Assembly (NCBI GenBank): GCA_019744945.1
Contig: JAIETT010000020.1
Location: 1-56,781 of the forward strand
Length of the DNA stretch: 56,781 nucleotides
Origin: Burkholderiales bacterium
GTDB lineage: Bacteria > Pseudomonadota > Gammaproteobacteria > Burkholderiales > UBA11063
Direction: 5' to 3'
Below are positions 39,480 to 49,406 of this stretch, one piece after another. Numbering within the stretch: position 1 is the first letter of the stretch; each line of letters starts with the position of its first letter. The notes below the pieces were generated by a model, which was given only the letters and a program-made list of their open reading frames with translations, was not told the DNA's origin and searched no databases. The position numbers and the translations under genes were made by a program.

Positions 39480-42400
39480 TCAAATAAATTTCAATCTAGT
39501 TTCTTGACGAACCTTGACTTTATTAGCTAAAATATCAATTAAATACTTCTCTAATGAAATGGTGTTAATTGCCAGTGTCCGTTGAGTAATTGGTGCTGCG
39601 CCATCTTTAGCAACATTTTTACGATCCCATGATGATTTATCATGTTTCTCAATTAATATTTTGCCAGCTTTAAAATTCAATGAATTAAAGTATGCGAAAT
39701 ATGAATCACTGCCCTGCGTAACCTTAATTAAATCATCACTAAATAAGCTAAACATGAATTTATAGCTCTCATCAATTTCTATATCGCCATTGGCTGTTGT
39801 TGGTAGTTCAAGACCTTTTCTTGCTTCAGATTGATAAATTGGTACGATATAGGTTTTATTGTTTTTAGTAAATACATCTGAACGAACAATTCCGCCATTA
39901 TCGGCAATTCCAGTTCCTTTATGTACTCGTACTCCAGCAGATTGCAATTGAGCAGTTTTAATCGTCTTAATCAGTAAATTTGTTGGTCTTCCTGTTTGAT
40001 CTGGAGCATATAATGGTTCGGCAAAGGCTTTTTTGCAATCGTTATCATGTTGCTCCAAGCGTTCTTTCAATGCATTATATAATTCTGGCCGAGTATGTTT
40101 ATACATCGGTGCAATTTTAAGAATATCACCCTCTTCATTAAGTTTAATGCCACTTTCTTGAAGTGGTTTGCGAACCATCGAAAATGGTTTGCCACCATAA
40201 TAATCAGGTCGTGTATTATCCACATACTTTAATGATCTAATCGTATCATCATGGATTTTACCTGCAACTTTGTGTCTTGGCATTCTTGATACAAAGAGCT
40301 TACTTAAATGATCATTAATTTCAAACTTAAAATTTATATGTGGACGTGGAAAGTATTCAAATACTTCACCAGTTGATTGATCCACATAATCATCGCTATT
40401 ACCAAGAGCTTGCTCCTCTAGTTGCAAGTATTTAGTCACTTTCTGTTTCATTTTTTCAGAGAAGACGGCTACTACTGCGGCATCAGTTGCGTTATGCAGC
40501 ACGTTCGCATTCTTATCTTTCCATAAGCCCCAACGGTTACGGAGAAAGCCTGTTGCTTGTCCCGTAATAACTCGCACTGGTACTTTGTTACGGCTTTCAG
40601 CAAACTTCAAATGTTTACGGACATAGTTATAACAGTACGTAGCGATATAACTGCTATCGCTTAAATTACGGTTAATATAATCTTCGTCATTAAACTTCTT
40701 AAGTCCAAGTAAACGGTGTTTTGTATAGCTATAACCAAACTGCTTATTGTGTTTAAGCAAGTATTCAGAATATTCATTTAACCAATTGAGTTTTTGTTCA
40801 TTAAACATCAAATACTCATAAACGCTCTGGTTGCGTTTATTTTGCACTTCTGAGGTATAGGCTAAGATAGTATTATTAATACTATTGTCAAAACTACGGC
40901 TGAGTGGAAGTATATGAGTAATTTGGCACAGGTAATTACCATGTCGCACGGCTTCAACTGAAATATGTTTTTGGCTTAATAAGCATTTGTTACCCTGTTG
41001 TCTCCATAAACGATAACGTAATAACTCATCTTTAATTGGTTTACTACCAAATAGCTCGATGAACTCATTAAATAGTTGTTGATTATTAACTGCACGTTTC
41101 TTCTGTTCCGAGTGAATCTTATTGCGTAGCTCGCGAGTTTTACCAATATCACGCATCATTTGCATATTGATCTGATATGGTGAGCCATACTCACGGACTA
41201 GTGCGTTAACCAGTTTTCTGAACTGGGTAATTGCACGAATTGCCACAGGGTTAGTTAAATCAATATCAATACCAAGTTCTTTAAGCGATGGCAGATAGTT
41301 AGATTTATTCTGGGTTTGTCCTTTGAACTCATAACCAGCTAATTCACAGGCTTGATCATAGCGTTTGCCCTGCTCTAGGAATGGAATTAGTTTCTGTACG
41401 ACTTTTAGGGATAAGTTAAGATTTTTATCAAAGCCTACTCCATTATCTAAAATAGCACTAATTATCGTATTAGTCTGTGATGGATTAAACTCATTTTTTA
41501 AAAGCAAGGTGTTTAGGGCTGATTGGATCGTATCGTCAGTTTTATTATACGTAAGAATAACGCCAATTTGATTGAGTAAGTCAACATTTGACTCCAAGCT
41601 ATTCCAGATGTCACCTCTATTAATAATTGCGGATTTAAGCTCATGATAAGCTTTAAATTCAAGTTCGTTGATTAATTCTTTTTCACATTCCAAGAAATCA
41701 TCATGTGCATCGTATCTAACGAAGTTAAAGCGTGCATTATCTTCAAGCTGGAGAGTTTTACGCAAGGTTTTATAACTAATGTTGAATTTTTTAGTAGTAC
41801 GGTTTGTTGCTAATGTAATAATTTGAGCTATTTCATTTACAGACAGTTTATATTCGATACTGTCAACTTCATAACGAATATTATTTAATTTAGAAAGTGC
41901 TACAAACAATTCTGCGGAGTAGCAAGCTTTTGGAGCTCGTAGTTCATTTGGTTCAAATTGGCATTTACCAACCATACCGATAATGTTATTATTAAAGTCA
42001 AATGGCTTTTGCCAATTGAACATTGTAATATAGCGTTCAATAAATGCTGGAGTAATCGACTCATTACCAAATTCAGCTTGAGTTTCTAGAATGCGTAAAG
42101 CTTCAGCTTCTAAATCGCTCCTAAGCACAATGCAACGGTAATCACCAGTAAAATTACGTTTGCGATCGCTGAATTTATCTTGTTTATAGAACATTTCGCC
42201 AACACTACGATATGCAGCTAGTAAGTCATGGTTTTCTCGCATAGCTAGTTTCATCTTCTGACTATCTTTGTCTTTAGCTTCGCCCTTACGATTTGATTTG
42301 AATCCTCGATGTTTAGCTAAATGAATTAAGATTTTAACTAAATCATGATTTGAGATTAACGAATCTAATGCTCGAGTTCTTAATTCATAGACATTATATT

Positions 42401-42692
42401 GATCAATTCCTTGACCAGGTGTTTTATACAATAATTCCATTGCGCCATGAGTAATTAATCCAGAATTAATTAAATAGCTTCGGATAGATTTCATTCGATA
42501 TGCTCGTCTGCGAATACGGCGACGTTGCCCTCGTGCTTCACGTCTAGGTAATGCCAAAGACTTGCCGTCTTTTGGATGCTCTGCTGGATCAAAAGTATGA
42601 ACCCCTAATTTAACCAAAGCATTATTTTGTGTATCGTAAACCGCCCAGCCAATGTTGCTAATCCCTAGATTAAAACCGAATGTATAGCTCAT
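39480..42692 (-). CDS. cas9: Type II-C Cas9, predicted nuclease-dead (RuvC and HNH catalytic substitutions)
   Basis: RuvC-I GFNLGISNIGWA, bridge helix RREARGQRRRIRRRAYR, HLAKHRGFKSNRK, LTNPVAIRAITQ, HNH-like THILPLSRSFDNS, RuvC-III HNATDA; 1070 aa; no csn2/cas4. Confidence 0.95.
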   Translation of the reverse strand: MSYTFGFNLGISNIGWAVYDTQNNALVKLGVHTFDPAEHPKDGKSLALPRREARGQRRRIRRRAYRMKSIRSYLINSGLITHGAMELLYKTPGQGIDQYNVYELRTRALDSLISNHDLVKILIHLAKHRGFKSNRKGEAKDKDSQKMKLAMRENHDLLAAYRSVGEMFYKQDKFSDRKRNFTGDYRCIVLRSDLEAEALRILETQAEFGNESITPAFIERYITMFNWQKPFDFNNNIIGMVGKCQFEPNELRAPKACYSAELFVALSKLNNIRYEVDSIEYKLSVNEIAQIITLATNRTTKKFNISYKTLRKTLQLEDNARFNFVRYDAHDDFLECEKELINELEFKAYHELKSAIINRGDIWNSLESNVDLLNQIGVILTYNKTDDTIQSALNTLLLKNEFNPSQTNTIISAILDNGVGFDKNLNLSLKVVQKLIPFLEQGKRYDQACELAGYEFKGQTQNKSNYLPSLKELGIDIDLTNPVAIRAITQFRKLVNALVREYGSPYQINMQMMRDIGKTRELRNKIHSEQKKRAVNNQQLFNEFIELFGSKPIKDELLRYRLWRQQGNKCLLSQKHISVEAVRHGNYLCQITHILPLSRSFDNSINNTILAYTSEVQNKRNQSVYEYLMFNEQKLNWLNEYSEYLLKHNKQFGYSYTKHRLLGLKKFNDEDYINRNLSDSSYIATYCYNYVRKHLKFAESRNKVPVRVITGQATGFLRNRWGLWKDKNANVLHNATDAAVVAVFSEKMKQKVTKYLQLEEQALGNSDDYVDQSTGEVFEYFPRPHINFKFEINDHLSKLFVSRMPRHKVAGKIHDDTIRSLKYVDNTRPDYYGGKPFSMVRKPLQESGIKLNEEGDILKIAPMYKHTRPELYNALKERLEQHDNDCKKAFAEPLYAPDQTGRPTNLLIKTIKTAQLQSAGVRVHKGTGIADNGGIVRSDVFTKNNKTYIVPIYQSEARKGLELPTTANGDIEIDESYKFMFSLFSDDLIKVTQGSDSYFAYFNSLNFKAGKILIEKHDKSSWDRKNVAKDGAAPITQRTLAINTISLEKYLIDILANKVKVRQETRLKFI

Positions 42693-42760
42693 GTTGCACC
42701 TTTTTAATAATTTGTATAAATATCACACCTCTCATTCTATCAATAGCATAAAAATAAAAA

Positions 42761-42778
42761 ATACCCGAAAATGGGTAT
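42761..42778. promoter_or_regulatory. Palindromic operator, copy 7, upstream of cas9
   Basis: ATACCCgaaaatGGGTAT about 70 bp before cas9 ATG. Confidence 0.75.
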
Positions 42779-42822
42779 TTTGTTCAATTTTAAGATAATC
42801 TAAAATAATGCTATAACGACAT

Positions 42823-43218
42823 TTAATTATTAAAAAACCCTTTGTTTGGTGTTGTATAGCCGAAAAAACTTCCGTCTGATTGTTGATCATCATTATCTTG
42901 TTTTGCTGGATCGCCAATGAGATTGACTGTGATTTGTCCATTATTGTAATTGTAATAAGCATTGACAGGAATTAGCTGTACAGGTACATTGATTTGTGAA
43001 GTAATTCCGACCATTACTTCATTCGCTAAAAATACATACGCACCAGCATATTGTATTTGAACTTGGGTTGCTTTAAATTCACTAATACCTTGTACAATAG
43101 CAGATGTTTGAGCATTGACATTAAGATTGCTAACAACATATTGTTCAAGTACCTGATTATCTGCAAATGCTGCAATAACAGTCGATGACATAATCGCCCA
43201 AATTTTGATCTTCATCAT
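42823..43218 (-). CDS. Hypothetical exported protein
   Basis: Signal peptide ending AAFA; Gln/Asn-rich. Confidence 0.6.
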   Translation of the reverse strand: MMKIKIWAIMSSTVIAAFADNQVLEQYVVSNLNVNAQTSAIVQGISEFKATQVQIQYAGAYVFLANEVMVGITSQINVPVQLIPVNAYYNYNNGQITVNLIGDPAKQDNDDQQSDGSFFGYTTPNKGFFNN

Positions 43219-43219
43219 T

Positions 43220-43668
43220 TTAACTTTCTATTTTTATTAGTTTATCATTGATAAATTGTAATAATTTTTCAGTGGCCAGTAAATCCAATCCATTATTAAA
43301 ATCTGTCTTAAATAACCACGGGCATTTATATGAAAACAACTCATCTCTGCAATCATCATCTATTGCTATAAACTGGCTAATTTGCGCATTTTTAACATAC
43401 TGTAAAATTTCAATTTCACGCCTAGCAAATTTGATTCGTGGCGTTATACCTATAATTCGCGAATGATATTGACCAAACAATTGAATATAATCTCTATCTG
43501 TTAATTCTTCGCGCCAATCGCTGGAGATAACAACCATAGCACAAGGGAACTCTTCCAGCACTCTAAAAAAATTAGGCATTAAATCAAAGAAAACTTCGAA
43601 TGCAGAACTCCATCAAAATCTAAAAAAATAACTATCCTAGAAAATTGATGTTTACTTCTTGCTATCAT
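43220..43668 (-). pseudogene. Frameshifted HAD-domain protein (Swiss-army-knife RNA-repair HAD-like)
   Basis: ATG 43668 gives IFLDFDGVLH then stop; another frame continues VVISSDWRE..REIEI..FIAIDD..GL. Confidence 0.7.
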
Positions 43669-43670
43669 TT

Positions 43671-44210
43671 TTAATAATTTGAAGTAAGCGGAGTCGCCTC
43701 TTGCCACAAACTATTCCACTGATTATTATAAGTTTGAGCAATTTGAGGTACATTCCATAGCACAATTACATTCTCGGCATTTTTAGCTTCAGCTGCTGCA
43801 CTATAATTGAATGATCCTGTTTCTAGATCCACTCCATCAATAACCATGAATTTATGATGAAAGATTGGATAGTTTCCATCAAGCTTCACCACTACCCCAT
43901 TATTTGCTAAATATGTTGTTGCACTATATTTACCAGAGTTAGATTTTTGGTCTGCAATTACTTTGACATCTACGCCCCGTTTCGATGCACTTAGTAATGC
44001 TTGTGCAATCGGTTTAGATGTAAAACTATATGCTGCTACATGAATTGACTTTTTTGATGAGTCAATTGCTTTAAGAATTAATGGTAGCCCACCTTGATTT
44101 GGGCTGAACCCAATATCAAATGAAGCTCCAGCATTAATTGGTGTTGAAGCAAAAGATGATAGACTGATAGCTGATAACGAAGTTATCAATAATAATTGAC
44201 TAATTTTCAT
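43671..44210 (-). CDS. nuc: Periplasmic phospholipase D-family endonuclease Nuc
   Basis: Signal peptide, GFSP, AAYSFTS, HHKFMVID..TGSFNYS, NAEN. Confidence 0.9.
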   Translation of the reverse strand: MKISQLLLITSLSAISLSSFASTPINAGASFDIGFSPNQGGLPLILKAIDSSKKSIHVAAYSFTSKPIAQALLSASKRGVDVKVIADQKSNSGKYSATTYLANNGVVVKLDGNYPIFHHKFMVIDGVDLETGSFNYSAAAEAKNAENVIVLWNVPQIAQTYNNQWNSLWQEATPLTSNY

Positions 44211-44227
44211 AAGGACTCCGTTAGAAA

Positions 44228-44503
44228 TTATTTATTAATTATTTGTTTTAATACTAGACTAGGCTTAAATGCTGGTACTAATTGCTGTGGAATAATTATT
44301 TCACTACCAGTTTTTAAATTACGACCAGTTCGCTCTTTTCTAACTTTAGTATAAAATCGACCTAAATCTTTTATGTATACCTCATTCTCACTAGCTAGTT
44401 GACAATTGATTATATCCATTAAACTATTTAAAGCTCGAAGTGATTCAGATTTATTTAGACTAGTGCGTTCTGAAATTTCATTAATTAATTGTGTTTTATT
44501 CAT
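44228..44503 (-). CDS. HU-family DNA-binding protein
   Basis: MNKTQLI, RTGRNLKTG, VPAFKPS. Confidence 0.9.
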   Translation of the reverse strand: MNKTQLINEISERTSLNKSESLRALNSLMDIINCQLASENEVYIKDLGRFYTKVRKERTGRNLKTGSEIIIPQQLVPAFKPSLVLKQIINK

Positions 44504-44520
44504 TAGATTTCCTTTTATAT

Positions 44521-44853
44521 TTACATTAACTCAGATAAATCTGGATCAGCTGGGATTTCAACAATTAACAGATCTGGATTTGGGCGTTCTAATTTGCTAA
44601 CTATTTCTGCATACTCGTATAATATTTCTTCAAATGGGACTACGAATTCAGCCAGAGCCATTTCATCGGTAACAATATTTAGCTCCATTAGTGCATGACG
44701 TTTTGCTAGTGGCATAACCAATTGAACTCTCATCTTAAAGCCTAGCTGACGAATAAAATCAACTTCATAGTCAAGAGCATTTAAGATCATCATGCCGCTA
44801 ACTATGCTTTCACGCAATTCTGTAAGTTTATTATTCATGTTTACTAACTCCAT
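44521..44853 (-). CDS. Hypothetical protein
   Basis: Acidic ORF in tightly coupled operon. Confidence 0.6.
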   Translation of the reverse strand: MELVNMNNKLTELRESIVSGMMILNALDYEVDFIRQLGFKMRVQLVMPLAKRHALMELNIVTDEMALAEFVVPFEEILYEYAEIVSKLERPNPDLLIVEIPADPDLSELM

Positions 44854-45043
44854 TATTCTGATTTTTATTTAACTGTTCACGAACTTTGATAATTTCACGA
44901 GATAAATGTTTTTCAACATTAGCGCTAACATCTAAATCATAGCCCAAAGTTTTAGCCATTTCGGTTAAATTCTCTAGATCGTGTACTACCGACTCACTGA
45001 TTTTAAGTTTTAACTCTTTTGTTTTTTTATTAATTACTAACAT
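44831..45043 (-). CDS. Hypothetical protein
   Basis: 70-aa ORF coupled in operon; possible RHH-like N-terminus. Confidence 0.55.
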   Translation of the reverse strand: MLVINKKTKELKLKISESVVHDLENLTEMAKTLGYDLDVSANVEKHLSREIIKVREQLNKNQNNGVSKHE

Positions 45044-45045
45044 TA

Positions 45046-45414
45046 TTACCGCCTTTCAATTAATTCAAGATTTTTCATTATTGGTTTAAAGCCAAGAAAC
45101 CACCAAATTAACAACAATATAAAATACGTTGTAGATTTCAACCCCTCAAACACTCCACTACCAGCTGCAAACATTTCTGGATGCCTTAATATTTCAACTA
45201 CCGCAAAACTATTATATGAAATCATTACTCCAGATACCATTAAGCAAACTCCACAGATTATCAAATATGAAAATACTATCTTTATATCTCTAGAGCTTAT
45301 TTCTTTAGTATCCAACATCCTTTTTAATAACAATAATGGATATTTTCGAGTACCAATTGCAGTGGTGAACGAGCCGATAATAAATAAATCACCCAAGCTA
45401 AAATTATTTATCAA
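45046..45414 (-). CDS. Hypothetical membrane protein
   Basis: Three hydrophobic segments; ATGA overlap. Confidence 0.65.
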   Translation of the reverse strand: MINNFSLGDLFIIGSFTTAIGTRKYPLLLLKRMLDTKEISSRDIKIVFSYLIICGVCLMVSGVMISYNSFAVVEILRHPEMFAAGSGVFEGLKSTTYFILLLIWWFLGFKPIMKNLELIERR

Positions 45415-45806
45415 TATGATCTCCCTTCTAAATTTAATTTACGAACTAAAGCCATTCTAAATTGACGCTGATTAACAACAGACTCAAGTAAAATATAACC
45501 AACCGCCAACCGTTTCTCATCAATTCTCGTCAATACAACTTTTGTACAACATTCATAAATGCTTTGATGAACAGTCCTATCTAAACATTGCCGACAAACA
45601 GATAACAAATTTTGAATTTGCCAGGTACTAAAAACTGGAAGTACTCTAGCATTAGCACGTGATTTACGTTTATTAATCTGCCTTAATGTTTTCAAGCAAT
45701 TATGTGGCACAATTGGCCGAATTGAATCAGCCATATTTATATTACAGATTGTGCATTTAGTTCCATATATTTCAAGTAATTGTGCAAGTTTTTTAATTTT
45801 ATTCAT
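45411..45806 (-). CDS. Zn-finger protein with degenerate HNH-like layout
   Basis: CTIC ... IRPIVP ... NLLSVCRQC. Confidence 0.5.
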   Translation of the reverse strand: MNKIKKLAQLLEIYGTKCTICNINMADSIRPIVPHNCLKTLRQINKRKSRANARVLPVFSTWQIQNLLSVCRQCLDRTVHQSIYECCTKVVLTRIDEKRLAVGYILLESVVNQRQFRMALVRKLNLEGRSY

Positions 45807-45809
45807 AAT

Positions 45810-47822
45810 CTAGAATGAAAAATAACTCTTGCCTTGCAACTGCAAGTTTTGCTGTTTCTGATTATTTATACTGTCAGTTACTCGATTTGTTTGGTTCGTA
45901 TTAGTCTGATTATTGGTATTAAAACTACTTGTGTTAACTCCTTTGTTAGCTTCAGCATAGAACTCAGAAAAATCCACCCGTGAAAAATCAATAGCTTGCA
46001 TCTCTGATATAGTTATACCTCGCTCGCACATTGCTTGAAATGTATTGGCCGTATTAATACCTGTATTTCCAGAATTGCACTTCCCACTGGCTAATTCAGA
46101 TGTAGAGCAAACTTCTGTATCATGAAATTGGGCAACATAATTCCTCATATTATTAAGACTTGGTCGTCCACCAATGTGCTGTTCAAAAGCAGCCTTAGTT
46201 ATTATTTTCGAGATAGTTGACGAAAAACAGCAATTAACTTTACCTTTAAAAATAACATCATTACCGCCAGTCACACCACCACAATCTTGACCACCATGTC
46301 CGCCAAGCGTTTGCCCATAGCAATACATATCTAAATCACTACAGTAACCAGGACAAATTCCAATTCCACATAAAGCACAAGCTGTTCCATACCAGCCTTT
46401 ACAAACTGCATAATTATTAGCCCCAGTTCCGCACGCACTATATGCACCCCAAAATGTAGTTTGATATGTACAGTCTTGATAGCTCCATTGATTTTTATCA
46501 CCATAAGTATATAAAATCCATTCATTATTTTCTGGCCCAGGCACACCATCATAATCAAATAGGCAATGATGTTTTCCGACATTAATCATTTTTGATTGGT
46601 CTTCAGCAGTACAAAGTTGATTATACATACTACCAAAATCTAAAACATCTGAAACCATCTTCACGGCATCTTGTACAACTTTCATTGCATCTCCACTATT
46701 TTGTGCAGTACTACCCTGACCTGTTGTACTGCCGCCACTATTCCAACGCACTTGATTAGTTGAAGCATTAGAATCATCTTGGGCAATAACTATTTCACCA
46801 GTACTGGCAGCTAATTGCAAATTAGAGTTTTTTTGATTGGTTGCAGCCCAATCATCTTGATCCGAGGTAACACTTTGTCCAGTTGCATCAAAGGTTTTAG
46901 ACGAAGAAGCAAAGCTATAGACATATGGATTTCCAGCATGGATACCAGTTGTGTCCTTATTGCCAGTCAAACTTAAATTAAGTTGTCCTTTATCACTCCA
47001 AGCATCAACATCTCTCGTTGGTAATGTTGCAGCAGCCAATAATGATTTCGAGTTTTGACTCGTCTTAAGATTAGCTTTAACTTTAGTTGTATTACCATAT
47101 TCTCTAGCTATTCGGTCACAATCAGTAAACGTTGAACCTATTTTACAACCATAACCGCCTGCTTGATCCCAAACATTAAATGAGTTCTTATAAGTCATAA
47201 ATTTGCCTTGGAAGAATATACACTCGCAATTAGGATCTGCACCTTTGCTAGGATCGTTTGGATCTGTCATATTACATTTATTGCCAGTTCTTTTATCATA
47301 GCAGTTTTTCATAGCCCCCATTTCATTCGCAACTTCAAGTGCCGCCATAGCAGATCCGAAATCAGTATCAGTTACAGGATCTGCTTTATAACAAGTTGTC
47401 ATATTACCTGAAGCATCAGGCTTACATATTTCATTACCACACGCAACCATCGTATTTGTTTCTGATTGTCCTGTATCACATTTAGCAACTTTGTTCCAAC
47501 TAACACATTTACCAAGATTGTTTGTTTCAGTACATTGGTTTTGTCCAACATCAACCACGCACCCCTGATTAACGTATGATTGACAAGTATCGACTAGTGG
47601 GCAGTTATAATGTTTGTCGTACTTCCAACAACTTAATCCCAACTGAGCCAACGTAAATGCTTGACCATTAAAATATTTGACAGGAGAACTATCAACGCAA
47701 ATTTGTGATTCTTGGTGACAGCTTTGAGCAGCAAAACAGCTATTCGCTATTAAAGCTATCAACGTTATTTTTAAGCTTTTAAATAATTTATTCATTGATT
47801 TTATACACAAAATATTTAACAA
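45810..47822 (-). CDS. traN: Mating-pair stabilisation protein TraN (C-terminal part)
   Basis: Cys-rich; CCFSSTISKII, IDFSRVDFSEFY. Confidence 0.85.
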   Translation of the reverse strand: MLNILCIKSMNKLFKSLKITLIALIANSCFAAQSCHQESQICVDSSPVKYFNGQAFTLAQLGLSCWKYDKHYNCPLVDTCQSYVNQGCVVDVGQNQCTETNNLGKCVSWNKVAKCDTGQSETNTMVACGNEICKPDASGNMTTCYKADPVTDTDFGSAMAALEVANEMGAMKNCYDKRTGNKCNMTDPNDPSKGADPNCECIFFQGKFMTYKNSFNVWDQAGGYGCKIGSTFTDCDRIAREYGNTTKVKANLKTSQNSKSLLAAATLPTRDVDAWSDKGQLNLSLTGNKDTTGIHAGNPYVYSFASSSKTFDATGQSVTSDQDDWAATNQKNSNLQLAASTGEIVIAQDDSNASTNQVRWNSGGSTTGQGSTAQNSGDAMKVVQDAVKMVSDVLDFGSMYNQLCTAEDQSKMINVGKHHCLFDYDGVPGPENNEWILYTYGDKNQWSYQDCTYQTTFWGAYSACGTGANNYAVCKGWYGTACALCGIGICPGYCSDLDMYCYGQTLGGHGGQDCGGVTGGNDVIFKGKVNCCFSSTISKIITKAAFEQHIGGRPSLNNMRNYVAQFHDTEVCSTSELASGKCNSGNTGINTANTFQAMCERGITISEMQAIDFSRVDFSEFYAEANKGVNTSSFNTNNQTNTNQTNRVTDSINNQKQQNLQLQGKSYFSF

Positions 47823-48315
47823 TTGCTTTTTGGCTCACTTCATTTTTGAATGTGTAATCAATCTTAAATACTACAGGTGTGAGAATATATGCACCCCAAT
47901 CACTCAAATAGTCTTTGACTTTAAAATTAATAAGTTGTTGCGCATCATAAAAACCTAATACGGTTGGATGCGTTCCGTTTGAATAGCGTTCAAATAAATG
48001 AACTGATGAAAAACAATTTGCCATATCTTTATAGGTAAATGGGAAAAGTGTTAATGGCTTATTAGAATGAATAAGATAGTCATCATTCGCAACAGCACAA
48101 GCATCACCATTATTGGTAAATTGTGAAATTTTATTAATGACAATATCACCAGGATAGTTACTGGTTACAGTTAGTTGTGCATTTTTGTTAGCCAACTTTG
48201 AATCTACAGTTAAATCATATTTAACAGGTGCAGTATCAGCATATACAGTTGTGATACTACCGATAATACATAATGTTTTGATTAAATTTTTCATATATAC
48301 TCCTATTTTGAACAA
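47788..48315 (-). CDS. Hypothetical exported protein between the TraN parts
   Basis: Signal peptide MKNLIKTLCIIGSITTVYA. Confidence 0.6.
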   Translation of the reverse strand: MFKIGVYMKNLIKTLCIIGSITTVYADTAPVKYDLTVDSKLANKNAQLTVTSNYPGDIVINKISQFTNNGDACAVANDDYLIHSNKPLTLFPFTYKDMANCFSSVHLFERYSNGTHPTVLGFYDAQQLINFKVKDYLSDWGAYILTPVVFKIDYTFKNEVSQKAIVKYFVYKINE

Positions 48316-49406
48316 TTATCTTTTTGTGTTACTTTATCTATTACTAATGTATTTGAGCTTACAGTTGGTTTGGTGTAGTTTAGCGTTACTGTGGCAGAAC
48401 GATTCCAATCATTACCACCCAATTGACCGTGATTGCACTGTGTAGTAAATGAAAGGCTGCAACTATTGCCATTACAAACACCAGAACCGACACTACCAAT
48501 CATTGTTTTATTAGTATTGCCATTATTGTTATTTTGATACGCATATTGATACCCTGTCCCAGTCATGGAATAGTTAAAATCTTTGGTGATATTCCATCCA
48601 CCATCATCATTACGACTGTTTACATTAATAGATATTTGATTTTGTGCAGTTAATGCTTCATTACTAGTAATGCTTGCATTAATGGCACAGTATGTTTTTG
48701 AAGTATCTTGATTGGCTCCTTGAGCCATAACCGAACCATCGGCTGGTGATGCTGGAACATAATCGTAATGAAACACAACATCATCAACCCAACTATTACA
48801 ATCATAACTACGCTGACCAATGATCTCACAAGCATTAGACTGCTCGATTGTACTGCCAGTGTTGTAAGTAATAGTTGTGCATTTATTACCACTTTGACAC
48901 ATCGCCTGACTTGGATCAGCTTGGCATGATTTACAGGTAGAATCATTTGGATGAGTCTCACAATAAGCAGTTATATCTACGTTTTGATTAATCTGTTTAT
49001 TAATCAAATTACTTGCCATACCAACTGCACTTTCTAAGCCCTGTTGATTTTGTCTAGTTAATGGATCATTATAGAAATTATAAGCATTACAATCAGAAGT
49101 ATTTTTACCAACACACGCTTGAGCTTTTGAGTTTCCTGAATTTGTAATCCCATCAATATTTTTGTAGTCGCCACCCATTGTGTTTTGGATTGCATCCTGA
49201 TTAGCTTGTGCTGCTGACATATTCTGAGCACCTACAGCACTTTCCAAAATAGAGTTTGAAATTATGCTACCGCTTGTTTTGGCTTGATTACCGAAATCAA
49301 CCCCTTGACTAAAACAATCAGTTCCTGCACATGCGGCAACTGCATATTGTGTGAATACCACACCGACCAAACTAGCGATAATCTGTGTAAATTTGTTGTA
49401 TTGCAT
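48303..49406 (-). CDS. Cys-rich exported protein, probable TraN N-terminal part
   Basis: Signal peptide; FSQGVDFGNQ TraN-like start; multiple Cys; between dsbA and traN. Confidence 0.5.
   Translation of the reverse strand: MQYNKFTQIIASLVGVVFTQYAVAACAGTDCFSQGVDFGNQAKTSGSIISNSILESAVGAQNMSAAQANQDAIQNTMGGDYKNIDGITNSGNSKAQACVGKNTSDCNAYNFYNDPLTRQNQQGLESAVGMASNLINKQINQNVDITAYCETHPNDSTCKSCQADPSQAMCQSGNKCTTITYNTGSTIEQSNACEIIGQRSYDCNSWVDDVVFHYDYVPASPADGSVMAQGANQDTSKTYCAINASITSNEALTAQNQISINVNSRNDDGGWNITKDFNYSMTGTGYQYAYQNNNNGNTNKTMIGSVGSGVCNGNSCSLSFTTQCNHGQLGGNDWNRSATVTLNYTKPTVSSNTLVIDKVTQKDNCSK

Noticed and set aside
35549-42692. Dead Cas9 plus transposase as a CRISPR-associated transposon
   Set aside because: The IS is self-contained with its own IRs and target duplication and disrupts the array; no tnsB/tnsC/tniQ present
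39480-42692. cas9 as an ordinary decaying pseudogene
   Set aside because: No stop or frameshift in 3.2 kb; substitutions concentrate on catalytic residues while structural motifs persist
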